A stretch of 64,000 nucleotides of DNA from Octopus bimaculoides (Eukaryota), in assembly GCF_001194135.2 (NCBI RefSeq), contig NC_068983.1, positions 53,032,280 to 53,096,279 of the forward strand. The letters run 5' to 3'. Numbering within the stretch: the stretch's first letter is position 1; the number at the start of each line of letters is the position of its first letter. Shown here in pieces: positions 23,691 to 37,174 of the stretch. The notes beneath the pieces were generated by a model. It was given only the letters and a program-made list of their open reading frames with translations. It was not told the origin of the DNA and ran no database searches. Made by a program: the position numbers and the translations under genes.

Positions 23691-24496
23691 AGTTGCCATC
23701 TATCGTGTACTTCTTCCTTACCATCACATCTGATACTCATCCAGTTTTATATTAAGCATACTATAATGTATTACAAGAAATAACATTGGGTCTGAACAAA
23801 TTTAATCTCTATTTTTGTTTCCCATCAACAACCTTTATCACTCTGCCTCTCTCCAATCTTAATGCCTATGTAACAAGAGTTGACATCAGACCTGGCTATA
23901 TTCAGTAGCCCCTACTTCCATCCCACTTTACTATTGTCATGTTCCCTCCCCTTTGTCACTCTGTTGACATCAGCCACCCTTACTCATTGCTCAACTCTAT
24001 TACTAGCCACCATTCACTCTCTCTTTTATAACTTTTTGTTGACATGAATCACTCTTCCTAAATTTCATGGCTCCCTGCCCCTCAACACTGTTTGCCCCAC
24101 CACTTCCACTTCCAGCATCACTTCACTTTATTTTTCTCACTCCTATTTCACTATTTCTCCTATCATGCTCAACCTTTTTGCTCTGTCCATCTTTCTGTAC
24201 ATCCGTCTACCTGTGTGTCTGTTGGTCTGTCTCTTTGAATGACACTTCTGTTTGCCTTCCCAGCCACATTTACCTTGAATGATGGGGAACCACATAAAAG
24301 GCAACCTCCCTGGTGCTAATACCATGATAAATTGCATCCAGTGCACTAAAATAGTTGGTGAATGAGCAAATCCAATGTAGAGTAGAGAATACTCTTTAGT
24401 CTTTCTGAAGATGTAGCCTTTATTGTACTGCTGCCATGATAGAATGGAATCAGTATACTTCTAAAGGGGTTGTTATCAGGACAGGTGTCTCACTGA

Positions 24497-24650
24497 AGAA
24501 ACCATGTTAAAACTGGAACATATGAGCAAGATGTTGTCCTCCAGTCATTCTAGGAGAGCAGTAAGTCAAGATAAACATTGACTTACTGCTCTTCTAGACA
24601 GACTGGAGAACCACATCTTGTTCATATGCTCCAATTTTAACATAGTTTCT
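24497..24650. repeat. Imperfect inverted repeat, 73-bp arms, 8-nt loop
   Basis: 24497-24569 versus 24578-24650: 9 mismatches by manual alignment; loop GATAAACA. Confidence 0.95.
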
Positions 24651-26573
24651 ATGATAAGTCAAGATAAGAATTGATTCAGACTGTAACAACTCACTTAGCC
24701 TGTGCAAGTGTAAAATGTGGACATAAAATCATGATGATAATATGTAAAAATAAACCTCGAAATTAGATTTATATTCATGTATGCATTGTATACAGTTGCT
24801 GGCAGATACTTAAACATTTTTAGCATATTATCCTGGATTCTGGAGTTCTAATATTTTGTTTTTTAATTTTTAGTTCAAAACTAGGTATTTGTTAAAATTT
24901 ATTACTTTGTAGCTCACCAGAGAGTTACAAAGCATGAATAGAAAATATGATAATAATTTCAACATTGTTAAGAAAGTATATTAGCTAGCACAATGCCAAA
25001 AGGCTCATAATTTAGTGTGTTTAAAGAAAGAAAAAAGATGTTGAATTTTATGAAATATAAGTAAAGATATGCTTAAGAACTGCATTAATATTCTTAAAAA
25101 AAAAGAAAATGAATGTTTTATCATGTTGGAAAATATTCTCTTATTCAGATGTTATAAAAATATGTTTTTATATTCAGAACTGGATATTTGTTAGAAATTT
25201 AACATACAATATTTTCTACTTAAACAAAATTGTTTCTGACATAGGACAGCCACAATATTGCATCTGTATATATATGTTCTATGATTTATAGCTTTATTTT
25301 GATAAATGGAAATCTACTGAAGAGATGTTATCAATCATAACATAAAAAGAAACCATTTTTGTTTGTAATTTTATGCGAAAGTATGTATGGTCGATTGTGG
25401 AATGTTGCCTGAGATAAATATTTTTGGAAATAGCTTCTGATCATCATACAGACTTGAAAGTGAATGAAAAAATAACTGAATACTATAGAGAAATTTAGTT
25501 AATACAGGCTTTTATAAATAAGCTGATATCAGTTTTGTCGTTTAGTCAGTTTTCTATCTACTGTCCTAATGTTTGAAATAGTAGAAATATTTAGGGTGGG
25601 AAAATTTATAGAAATTTGTTGATTCGAAGTGCCATCACTTGATTTCAGTGAATGATTATGTCAGTAGTATTTAATGTATAATTTTTTTGTTTTTGCTTTC
25701 ATCTTTTTATATGCTAAAATTAAATTAAAATCTTTCAAAGGAGGCATTCCTTTCTCTGCTCTACCATGAAATAGTGAGATATAATCTGTATGATCAGGAA
25801 AATTGTTTATTAATAATTTACACCTCACTACTGCTGTTATTTTAATTTAAAAGTATTTATGCAATATTAATTCTTGTTGATATATTTTTTATTCTTCAAC
25901 CTTGCATTTTACTACTTTAAAGAATTTAAGTTTTCATTTAACATGACATCATAATCAAAGACTACCTTTCTCTACTGCGTAAGATTTGTTTTTTGTTCTT
26001 TTGTAATTTCTATAGTTCTGTGCAGGCAGACTTCTTCAATGAAAATAATTTTGGTTTAAATTTTACTTAGAGCACTAATACAGCAATTTTCTGTTAATTT
26101 TCCAAAACTTATTTGTAATTATACATAGTAATGCTAATTATATTGGAATTAATGATACTTCGTTTATTTATCTCTTTTTAATTAAATTGAAAAGGCACTC
26201 ATTTTAATTTATATTTTCAAAAACAGTGAAGAATAATTAATTTATCATATTTCAGTTTCAAAGAATATTAGCATTACATATGGTGGTATTTTTGAAAATG
26301 TCATTGCGCATATTTTGCAATTTGGGTTTATTATTTTGCTTCTCACCTAAATATCCTTCTTATCCATAACCACCTTACTGTGAAACAGTAGTTAGACCTG
26401 CTTTTAAAATAGGTATTTTGAAACAAGAGTCAGAATATGCACAATAATCACTCAGATTTGAATTCCAAGCCATATTATTTGTAGTTCCATACTTACAAAC
26501 TCTGTGACTTCCAGTAATATGCTCTTTAGCAAGTTTAACAACCAGACAGTTAAGTTAGCAACAACTAACTAAC

Positions 26574-26604
<31 letters not shown>

Positions 26605-27472
26605 ATACAGACATTGTGTTACATTGTATTTTGCCAAGCACTAATTTATACTTGTTTCAATTAAGCCAATGAAGAAACACCTATGTCTTTGCATAATCTG
26701 CTCATTTAAAATAACAGCCAAATAACCCTTATATCCCATCCGCATGATTTAAAAAAAGAGGACACATTAGATAATATAGTCCTAGACACCCTCTTCAAAT
26801 TGAATGGTCACAGCTGGAATGTCTGATTAGAATTATCCTGGGGCTAAACAACAACAAAATCTTGTTTTACCCTGTCTCACCAAAACTAAAAATGAAAAGA
26901 ACCTAACCAAGGAATGTTACAAAGTCAAAAGAAAAGAGAAACCTAACATTAATTATTATCAGACAAAATTTTTAAAATTTTTCGTTATTTATTTAGTATT
27001 CATTTCCTAATTAGAAGTAATATCAATTTTATTATGTTTATTTAATACTTAACATTAATTGGAAAATATCTAAAATAACATTTCCACTTTAACGTACCCT
27101 TACTACCAAGATATTAAAGTAAGGAAGATAGAGTGAATGAAATCAATTCTTATTTTTATTAAGGATATGTGAAACTTTTTTTTTAATTCTTTTTCTTTTT
27201 CTTTTATTTAGAATACTGAAATGTGTATACCTAAAATTTTAAAAAGTGGTATATTTTGTTTATATAGTTTTGATTTTTTTTTTTTCTTCAAGTATCACTT
27301 TACAATCAATAACACTACAAGAGTATTTGAGTAGTTCTATAGAAAAACATGCTTGAAAACTCTGTAAATAATTTTTTGATCCTATATCTTGAATTTCTTT
27401 TAACCTTTTCTATTCCATTATATTTTGAATCCTATAACTATTTATAGAATTTTTCTTTGCCTCATAAGCAGC

Positions 27473-27567
27473 TTCAAATTTACACATTCTCTTCTCTCTT
27501 TTCTTTATTTTCCTTTCTCCTTTCAAATTTACACATTCTCTTCTCTCTTTTCTTTATTTTCCTTTCT
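27473..27567. repeat. Near-perfect tandem duplication, period 49 bp
   Basis: TTCAAATTTACACATTCTCTTCTCTCTTTTCTTTATTTTCCTTTCT at 27473 and 27522. Confidence 0.95.
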
Positions 27568-28327
27568 GCTCCATTGGTTCTTTCTTCTCAATTTACTTTG
27601 ATCTCTTTTTCTCTTCTTCATAGTTGCTAGTTCCTATTTTAGTTATAAGAAGTGTAATGCAATATTATGCCAAACATGTTAAATGTAAAATGATGTGTAT
27701 TTTATGTGATAAAATAATTTAATAATGCAGTCTTTTTATATATCTTCTTACATTTCATCATATGATGTTATCAATAATTTACTTTTAAAATATATATTTT
27801 TTTGTTTTCAGTCTTTATTTTATAAACAGTATTTAAAAATAAATTTAGATTTTCAGTTGTTTGTAACATGCAAAATTCTCCGATTTGCCAATTGCTACCA
27901 AAATAGCTTCTATCATTATTATTATTTTTTTTATTATTAAAAACTAGTTCTCTTGTGGTTTGGTAGTGTCTGAGGATTTTGTAGCTATTAAACCTAAGTA
28001 TTATTTAGATAAATAGTTTTTCCAAGGGCTTGTTTCAATGTATTTCATAATACCTCTGTAGTCTGTTTCTTAAAAGATGAATTCTTAGGTTATTCTTTTA
28101 TTATTATATTCTTATCTAGCTTGTTTTGTCTGGAAATGTGCTAATGACATGATGATGGTGTAGTTATCAGAATGCAGCTGTAAAAGTTCATGAGTCAAAC
28201 ATGCAGTTAAACTGCAACCTTAGCAATATATTATAAGATGGGCAATATAAACATCATGTTGAAAAGAAAATGACCTGGAGTACAGGTGAAAAACTTCAAC
28301 TACTTTCAAGATTTCCCATCTGTATAG

Positions 28328-28434
28328 TATCAGCATGCTCTGGAAATCCCTCAGTGTAATTTTTGCATTGAAATGATGTCTGAGATCCTAAAAGACCTAA
28401 TGTTATTTGTAGCTACAGAGTTCATCTTCATACA
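28328..28434 (+). CDS. Candidate exon (YQHALEIPQCNFCIEMMSEILKDLMLFVATEFIFI)
   Basis: TTTCCCATCTGTATAG acceptor, CA|GTGAGG donor, 35 open codons; no homology recognised. Confidence 0.25.
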
Positions 28435-28888
28435 GTGAGGTAAGGGTTAGTTTTTAACAGAAAAGTAATGAAGTGACAACAACATACCATACACTATGCA
28501 TTACAATGTCACTTTATAAAATTATAATGATGACAACAGTAGGAAAGTTGTAAATAGTACAGAAATAATATTAAAATTATGAATCAATCATTGGAATATG
28601 GTTGTCCTATGTCCAATTAAATACAAAAATACAATTATATTGGTAATTGCTAACATCACAACTAATTTGGAAAGGAGTGGTGGGGTAGTTGGTTTTGTGT
28701 GGTTTTTGCTGCTGTTGTTGTTTAGCCTCAGGTCTCTGGATTGAACAGAGCTATGGTGAAAGGCATTCCAGTAATGACCATTCCAACTTTTAACGTATCT
28801 ACAACTTCATTTCCAGATGAAAGGAATTAATTTGAAGGAATTCTGTTATTATTTCTTGCAGGTCAGATAACCCTATTAAGGTTTTATG

Positions 28889-28989
28889 TTAGCAAGTATT
28901 AGTTTACTGATTATATTAGCAAGTATTAGTTTACTGATTATATTAGCAAGTATTAGTTTACTGAATATATTAGCAGGTATTAGTTGACT
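28889..28989. repeat. Minisatellite, 27-bp unit x about 3.7
   Basis: TTAGCAAGTATTAGTTTACTGATTATA at 28889, 28916, 28943 and (partial) 28970. Confidence 0.97.
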
Positions 28990-30790
28990 AGTAGCTCAAG
29001 GGTCCTGTATTATTGACCTATGAAATCCTACTTTCATACTGTGATAAAAGAGAAAATACCATCAGTAGATTATCTCTTTGGACAACTATTCAGAATTCAT
29101 TAAGAAGAAGTAAATGAAAATGCAAAGATAATGGCCAGTTAAAGATGAATACATAATGGTGTATAAGCAAGTACTTTAGACAACTCAAGTAGATGCAGTT
29201 CAGGTCATGAAACAGGTCACAGTGGTATGATAAAAGTCTCTGATACTCATGAATAGCTGTATATAATTAATAAAGAAGCGAATAATTTATTAATTGACCG
29301 TGTGTTTAATAATGGATAACCTGGCAAACAAACAAAGAAAAAAGAAACAGTATCTGTTTGACACATGGTTTCATATAAAATCTCTTGCCAAAAACATAGA
29401 GCATTAAAACCATTTCTTTGTGAACAAAAGTCAATAAACTTTATACTGTTGTGTGAATAATATTTAAGGAAGTCTAGTTTCTTAATTCTAGACATGATAT
29501 GTGTAAATAAGTCATTAGTTAGACGCTTGTTGCACATGTTCTTAAGAGAAAATACAACACTACCTTGTAAAATTCTTATCAATTTGGAATCTCTTAGGTT
29601 TCTGCCTATGCTAGAGGAATTGAAGCCAGCAATCTAAAGAATTAATCTAGCAATATCATATTAATGGTCTCTGGAACAAATTAATGGAGTCAGTTTCATT
29701 ATTTGAAGTCAAAATTGAAAATATTACGTTCATGTAAGAGAGTATGAATGAGTTGGTTGTTTATCAGAAGGTTGGTAGCTTTTATGCTTTTACCAGCACA
29801 GAACTATGCTTGTGGTCAAGACACGTTTATTTGGAAAGGAACTGGAGAAGGATGAGATTCATGTGTAGTGTTTGTCTCATTTTCTTTGCATCATTAACCT
29901 GTGAAATACTGATAACATACCTTGATACATAATGTTGTAACTTATATATCCATAGACAATTACTCCTATTTGAACTAATGAATTTGTAAATATTGTTTAT
30001 ATTTCAAAATGTATGTTAAAATGTTTTAAGTGAAGAGTATGATACAAGTTGACATTGTTCCTGGTTCTTTTGCTGAGGTAGCCAAAGGCTAATTGTTGGC
30101 TAAAAACTAGAAATAAGTTTTGACTCAGATATCTGTCAATTGACAGATGAGTAAAGAGTTAAAAGATGCTTCTTTATTCAAAAACCCTTATTTTCAGCTC
30201 ATGAAATTTTTACCAGATTTCACTATAAATACCAACTTAAATATTGTTGATAGTTTAACAAATTATTTTAAAGATATTTCACCTTTCACTTAAAATCAAG
30301 CATATTTAGTTATTGATTGGGAACAGGAGAAAACTTGAAGCAAAGTTATGAATGTTATTACCATGTAACTCTGACTAGAAATTTGACCAAAGTGCAATAA
30401 AACTGATGTATAAATTATAAGAGCTGTTACTAGAATATTAATGAAGTTAATTAGAATGAAAAGTACTTTATATTCTCTTTGAAATATACTATTTTATTCC
30501 TACACATGTAATTCTATTTAGCTTATCACATTTACTTACCACAGTTTACACTTTTATTAACTTTTATAATTTAATGTTATTTACAATTACATAAAATATT
30601 GATACTTTCTAATCTTCATATGATAACCCACACTTTAAAAAAAAGAAGTGATTTTGCTAAACAATTTATTTTCCTATCTTTTACAAATGAATTTTGCTGA
30701 ATAATTAATTTCAAATGTCAACAAATTAACTATTTTTGAATTCTTTTTTTCTTGTTTCATTCTTACTATTATTGCTTATTATACTAAAAT

Positions 30791-31010
30791 AAGGTGGTGA
30801 AGTGACAGAATCATTAACATGGCAGGTAAAATGCTTGGTGGCATTTCGTCTGTCTTTATGCTCTGAGTTCAAATACTGCTGAGGTTCACTTTGCTTTCAT
30901 CCTTTTGAGGTCAATAAAATATAGATACCAGTTGAGCACTGGGATTGATGTAGCTCATTATCCCATTGCCCCAAAATTTCAGGCCTTGTGCCTATTGCAG
31001 GAAAGATTAT
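30791..31010 (+). mobile_element. SINE family D, near full length
   Basis: Complete head-to-tail signature ending GGCCTTGTGCCTATTGCAGGAAAGATTAT. Confidence 0.88.
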
Positions 31011-33041
31011 TTATAAACTAAAATTATACTCAGGAATATATTTTTAGTTTATGGAGTTATTTGCTCATTATACCTTTAAAATGATCTCCTATATATCATA
31101 ATTTGTTTTTTCAATTATTGTATTGCTCATTTCTTAATACATTTCTTAGAGACTAAATTATCAAACAACTAGATATAAGCATATGTTACTTTTAGTTCTA
31201 CTTTTACCTTTAGGCAAGCAAAATATTGTGTGACTAGCCTATGTCAGGGTTTTTACATGAATTTGAATAATTTTAGAAAATATATTCAATAATTGCAAAC
31301 ATGGAGCTTATATTAAAATGTGTTGTAATACACAAGTCACAGTTGTTTTACTGATAGAGATAAATATTTATTTCCCTTATATATTTGTTCAATAAGTGAT
31401 ATCAGTTTCTTTACTCTTGTTAATCAGTTTTAAATATCAATAGATCAATTTAATTGCTTTGAGGAGTTATGGAATTGATGCTGTTGTATTCAGGCATGTT
31501 TTAAGTGTATTAGTAAAGACAGAAAATAGGGAAATGCTTATGGCTTGAGATTGAATTTAGGTCACAGACTTAGGTCATTAGATACTTTATTACCAGTATT
31601 ATAGTGACTGTTGATGTGTTGTTCTGTTACATCAATATTTGATTTATTTTATAGATTGACTACTTTCTTTGTAAAAAAAAAAAAAAAAGAGAAATTCTGT
31701 TAGTTTGGATTATGTTCATTACTCGTTTTCTTTGTAAATTTTAACTAATTTCATTTTATATTCCCTCAGATATACCCTCAAATATTCTAGTTGATACCAA
31801 GTTTGTAAAGATTGCTCTGACAATTTAAAAATATATGTATTTATATTTTCTTTATATTTTATACATTACTCTCTTGTTAAATCTGACCTGGGATTTCATG
31901 ATCTCAAGATTTTCAATTCAGAACTTGGTGTCCTCATTATCAACAGCAAATGAGAAATAAAAGCCACTGCTGTAGTACGATAGATATACTAAATAATTTA
32001 AGAGTCTACTTTGGGAAAGATAACAAAATGCCAATTAGCTAGATATTTGGAGAAATATATTATGTGCATATCATTCAGAAATTTGCAATATCTATATTGT
32101 ATGGAAATAAGATATTGCTGTTGGTGATTTAGTTTAATATTTGCAATTTAACTATTTTCACTTCATTTCATTTGTCATTGCAGTTCATTGGTTTCACCAG
32201 TTGATAATTGGATAGCTTTCAGTCTATTGTATTCGTACAATACCAATTATCCAACTGAAATTTTTTATTAGAATTTATTAATAGTTAACAAAGGAATGTG
32301 TTTCTCAAGTATTAATTCACTTTCTCAAAAGAGCAATATGTAGTGTCTGCAAGAGAGAAGTATACACATAAAAACTTCATATAGCATTTGATGTAAATAA
32401 ATTACAAACTATCAATAGCTAATAATATAGCTAATGGAACTTTTAATAAAATATTTCCCTGAATTAGCACAAGAAATTAATTAGAATGACTGAAATTTGT
32501 AATTAAAACAAGGTTGTAGCTTATCGCTTCTTTATGGTACTGCTACTCTGGCAATTATTTGTATCTAATTGATGATTTCTTTTTGGAGGCTTTCTATTCT
32601 GTTAGTATACAGTGTTTGAATGCTGCATTTCTGCAGGCTTGTAGTCTACAAATATGTATATATATATATACATGTATATATATGTGTATGGAAACTTTGT
32701 AAAAGGATTTAGTTAAGGCAAATCTCCTGGGTACATCTACAAAAATTTATAGCTGCACGATAGTAAGAATTTAAGCATATCTATGCTTAATTCAGATGTA
32801 AAAGTAACAATTTTCCTGTAATTCAATGATTTGTAGATGTTTGGCTCCATTCCAGCCATGGGCTATTGCATTATTTCTTTGGACTTATTTTTGCTTATAT
32901 AAATCTATCAGTTAATACTCATTTCCATATGAAGAATATAAATATGCAAGACAACAGAGCACTAAATAAGGTATTTTTTTATTGTTGCTATTGGTTCCAA
33001 TTTCAGTATATGCAAATAAACTTTTCCCTTCATCTCTGTAG

Positions 33042-33171
33042 GAATAGTGCAAAGAGTGCCAGTATCACTAATATATAAGTCCATCTGTTTATTACCACAT
33101 AATCTAGCTGTTAGAACAGAAAAATATTTTACGATAATGCCTGTGGCTTTAAAATCTGAATGTATGGTTAG
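33042..33171 (+). CDS. Candidate exon (IVQRVPVSLIYKSICLLPHNLAVRTEKYFTIMPVALKSECMV)
   Basis: CTTTTCCCTTCATCTCTGTAG acceptor; single open frame of 42 codons; donor TAG|GTAGAT or an upstream GTATGG. Confidence 0.28.
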
Positions 33172-33280
33172 GTAGATTGATAGGTATTTTATTTGTTTTC
33201 CAATCGTCTATTGTTGCAGTGTTATTGTTGATAGTAATCCATTCTCAATGCAAATTTCATATATTTGAATATTATACATA

Positions 33281-33522
33281 TTCTTTTATTCTTTTACTTG
33301 TTTCAGTCATTTGACTGCATCCATACTGGAACACCGCCTTTAGTTGAGCAAATCGACCCCAGGACTTATTCTTTGTAAGCCTAGTACTTATTCTACTGGT
33401 CTCTTATACCAAACTGCTAAGTTATGGGGACGTAAACACACCAGTATCGGTTGTCAAGCGATGTTGTGGGGACAAACATAGACACACAGACACACACACA
33501 TATATACATACATACATATATG

Positions 33523-33566
<44 letters not shown>

Positions 33567-33684
33567 ACAGGCTTCTTCCAGTTTCCATCAACCAAATCCA
33601 CTCACAAGGTGCCATGCAGTGGGACTGAACCGCAACCATGTGGTTGGTAAGCAAGCTACTTACCACACAACCACTCCTGCACCT
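33281..33684 (-). mobile_element. SINE composite: module A (internally deleted) + (TA)n/(CA)n + complete module B
   Basis: Reverse complement of both signatures; module A lacks about 40 bp between two CAAGG microhomologies relative to 6278 and 56795. Confidence 0.92.
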
Positions 33685-34914
33685 ATAATTCACTGACGTT
33701 CAACAAAAAATCTTGAGGTGGATAAATACTTGCTTTCAAACTGTAATATTTGAAATAAGCAAATCAAGAGAAATTATTCTTAGCCTTAACTGTTTTACAG
33801 AAAATCTTCCACCTTTCATCTTAGAATTGAAGTATAGTTCTTATTTACAGTAGCAGTGTGCCTATTATATTTACCATCCTTACATCAGTTATGACATGTA
33901 ATAACTTTTATGAGTCATTTACTACTCATTTTTTAATGTTTTAGGATTTTTATTGCACCTTGTATCTAACTCATCCTATATTTGTAAAGTAGAAATATGG
34001 ATCATCCCATTTTTGTTTTGTTTGTTTATTGGACAACCTGCAATGGAATAATCAAGTTTTAGCAAAGATTCTATCGAAGCACTTATGAAGTCAGTTATGA
34101 AGCCATAAATTATATTGAGATGTTTCAGATAACTTTTATCCAAAATACTGATTTTTTAAAAAATTAGGATTTTGTGTTTTATACAGTTTAGGGTATATTT
34201 ACTAAAATGAGACTAATTTGATTTCTTGATTAAGCCTTTTTTTTAAATTCCCTTTTTTATATTGTATTTACATTTTAATCATACTGCCATTGAGATACAG
34301 TAATTAGTTACCAGAAAGGATATATCTTATCTTGTAGTTGTACGCAGGCATTAGGTAAATGAAAAACACTTGATCCAAATATAGAACCTAATGAATATGT
34401 GTATATTTTTTTTATACATATATGTGTTTTTGTATGTGTATATATGTATGTGAATAGGTGTGGTTGTGTGTATTTCTTTAATTAATTTTGTGTCTGAGAT
34501 TGATAAATAACATAAATGCCTATAAATTTAATATGTGTTAAAGATTAATTTATAAGGAAACCACACACACATCAGTTGCCCCAGAAGACAGTATTTAAAC
34601 CATAATGTACACAATTTATTTTGTCACATCCTGTTCAATATTCAGCTGAATTGTACTCCTAATTTTCCCCTCCAGTTGCTACCTATCCTTAAAATTCCTC
34701 ATCAGAATTTCAGTACAAAATCTATTCATGATGATGTATAGTAAAATCAGTGTCCATAATGAATATTCATAATAAAATACGACTTTTGCATGGAAGAAAA
34801 ACATCTCTTTATCATTAGAAATAATATTGCTTATGAACTCCAACAATTGTACTGTTGCTCCCTTCTAGTTATACTTCTCTCGAGTTATAAACACTATACA
34901 CACGTAAATGCATG

Positions 34915-35080
34915 TGCACACACACACACACACATGACAGGCTTTTTTCAGGTTCTGTCTATCAAATCCACTCACTAGGGTTTAGTCAGCCCCAGACTAT
35001 AGTAGAAGGTGCCATGCAGTGGGACTGAAACCAGAACCATATGGGTGGGAAACAAGCTTCTTACCTCACAGCTAAACCTG
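34915..35080 (-). mobile_element. SINE module A with (CA)n tail
   Basis: CAAATCCACTCAC...GGTGCCATGCAGTGGGACTGAAACC. Confidence 0.85.
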
Positions 35081-35229
35081 TGACTTATCAGGGTTAACAT
35101 CTCCAGAACTGCTTAGCTTGAATGGCATCAATTTATTTTAATGTCTTCAGTATTTCCACATCTGTCACTAAACTTGCTTAATTTTTTAATCTTTATTCCT
35201 AATTGTATCTTAATTTTTTTTTTTACCAT

Positions 35230-35720
35230 TTATTTTGCGTTCTTTAATAAGCCATCTTCTCTAATGATTCTTTTGATCTATTTGCATTTTTGTTGAGGGC
35301 AAATACAACTATTTAATTGAGGACACACTTCTCCTCAGCAGTATCTTGCTTTATCCTGACACATAATCTTGCAATTCTTTAAAGTTCCTTGCTCTTCTAT
35401 TGCCATAAGAGTATTATTAAACCTATTGATAGATTATATTCAACTTAGGTTATGGTGATAAAAAACTTTCTGCTTTTCTATCAACAATTATTCTTGCTAT
35501 CTCTTTTAATACACACTACCATAAATAATACTCATTTCTTATTATTCACTCTACTTTACTATTCTGCCTCTAACTTTCCACATGCTTCAGTAAAGCTTCT
35601 CTTGTACCCTAATAACTTAGCTTTGCATTAGGTTTTCTGTCTTTCTCTGTCTATGTAAGCATTTGATAGCATCAAGTCAAAATTTATTCTCACAAAGGTA
35701 AATTTCAAAGTTCACATCAC
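35230..35720 (-). mobile_element. Highly decayed RTE-like LINE (EN-RT linker)
   Basis: Purine-rich minus strand with DTAEEKCVLN*IVVFALN resembling the RTE DV.GEKCV.N motif. Confidence 0.4.
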
Positions 35721-36574
35721 GCTTTCAAAATTAACTTCACCTTAAGGTCACTTCTTTGACCCTGGAATTGTAAACTACTGTATCTTGAGAAACTCTTTGT
35801 GTTCTAATACAATTTTATTACAAAAATCCTATGTACAATTACATTTATCAACAGGATTCTTTAATCCACTTAGAACTCTTCAGACATTGTTAATATTATT
35901 GGGTTAATGTTCTATTTTCCAATTAACATATATCTTTCATTAACTTATTGTTAAACAATATATGAAATTAGTGTTAGCTTTAAGAAACAGTTATTTTTAT
36001 GGCACTCCTGTGTGTACACATGTGCATGCATTCACACAAGCAAACTTCTCTCTCAGGGTATTAGATCCATATTTCCTACCTTTGGGAATTTTGAGCATAA
36101 AACTGTTTTTGTTTATGTATAAACAGCTATAATTAATAAGAAAAACTTCAAATAAAAAGTACAAACAAGTGAGGTAAATATAAACCTTGTTAAGCTTAGT
36201 CTTATTATAAATCGTTTCAAATCTTATAAAAAAAATAGTATTGAATAATGTACCAAAGTCGTCTGTTAAACATATTTTTGGTAACGAATTGATGGTAAAA
36301 AATATTGACTCCACTGAACAGCAATCAATATATTCTCTGACCACTATAACTACTGTAATCAATAAGTCTGAAGTTGTATTTGCTTTTATTCTGAAATAAT
36401 TTTCAATTAGAAAGTCTTTTTTTACTTTCTAATTTTCTCTTTGAAGTAACTCCAATCCCACTTTATGTGTTGTACTGAGAAAACATTGCTGTAATCTATG
36501 TGAAGAAGTACAGCTGGAATTACATACAACATCTTAATTCGTATCAGATTTAGTTTCAATAGAATCATTAGAGC

Positions 36575-36690
36575 AGCAGACAAAAATGTCTTGCTGTATT
36601 TATTCTTGTTCTTTGCATTTTAGGTTCAAATCCTGTGAAGTCAGCTTTGTCTTTCATCTTTCCAAGGTTAATAAAATGAGGTACTAATCA
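36575..36690 (+). mobile_element. Diverged SINE D fragment
   Basis: AGGTTCAAATCCTGTGAAGTCAGCTTTGTCTTTCATCTTTCC. Confidence 0.6.
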
Positions 36691-36739
36691 TGTACTTTAT
36701 AATATGTTAGATATTTTAATTTTCTTTATTTACTTTTTG

Positions 36740-37065
36740 GATCTGGTGGGAGGGGCAGTGCCAGTGGCTCTGCAGGCCTTCCAGATCCAGTGAGATAGAG
36801 GATGTTAACATTTGTCTCAAACGACTGGAAGTTAACACCTATGGGAAAGATAAGTTTCAAAAGAGAAGAATAGGTGTGACATAGTATAAGGTTTTGGAGG
36901 TTGAAAACAACAAGGATGAGTAAAGGAGGAGAGTTGTGAGGGTCACCTGAGTAGAGGTGGTACAAGCTCAGCCAGTTTGGAGAGAGAAGCAGAGGCTGTT
37001 ATAATAGAGAGAGGAAACAGCACATTTATGGGCCTGAGGTTGAAGCATGTCTGCAAGTGACTATA
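36740..37065 (-). mobile_element. CR1/Jockey-like LINE 3' end relic
   Basis: Minus translation HKCAVSSLYYNSLC / KLAELVPP / LIFPIGVNFQSFETNVNIL resembles post-RT motifs (ELA.LVP; FP...NLQ.FK..VN). Confidence 0.6.
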
Positions 37066-37125
37066 TGTTAATCAATTAAATGGCCTTCTCCTAGATGAAG
37101 TCTTGGATATCTGTGGGAGCAGCAG

Positions 37126-37127
<2 letters not shown>

Positions 37128-37174
<47 letters not shown>

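Noticed and set aside
28889-28989. 27-bp repeats as a CRISPR-like array
   Set aside because: Units are contiguous with no spacers, in a eukaryotic context; it is a minisatellite.
29247-29900. 111-codon minus ORF and several open frames after the acceptor at about 29790
   Set aside because: No motif recognised, several frames equally plausible, no convincing donor.
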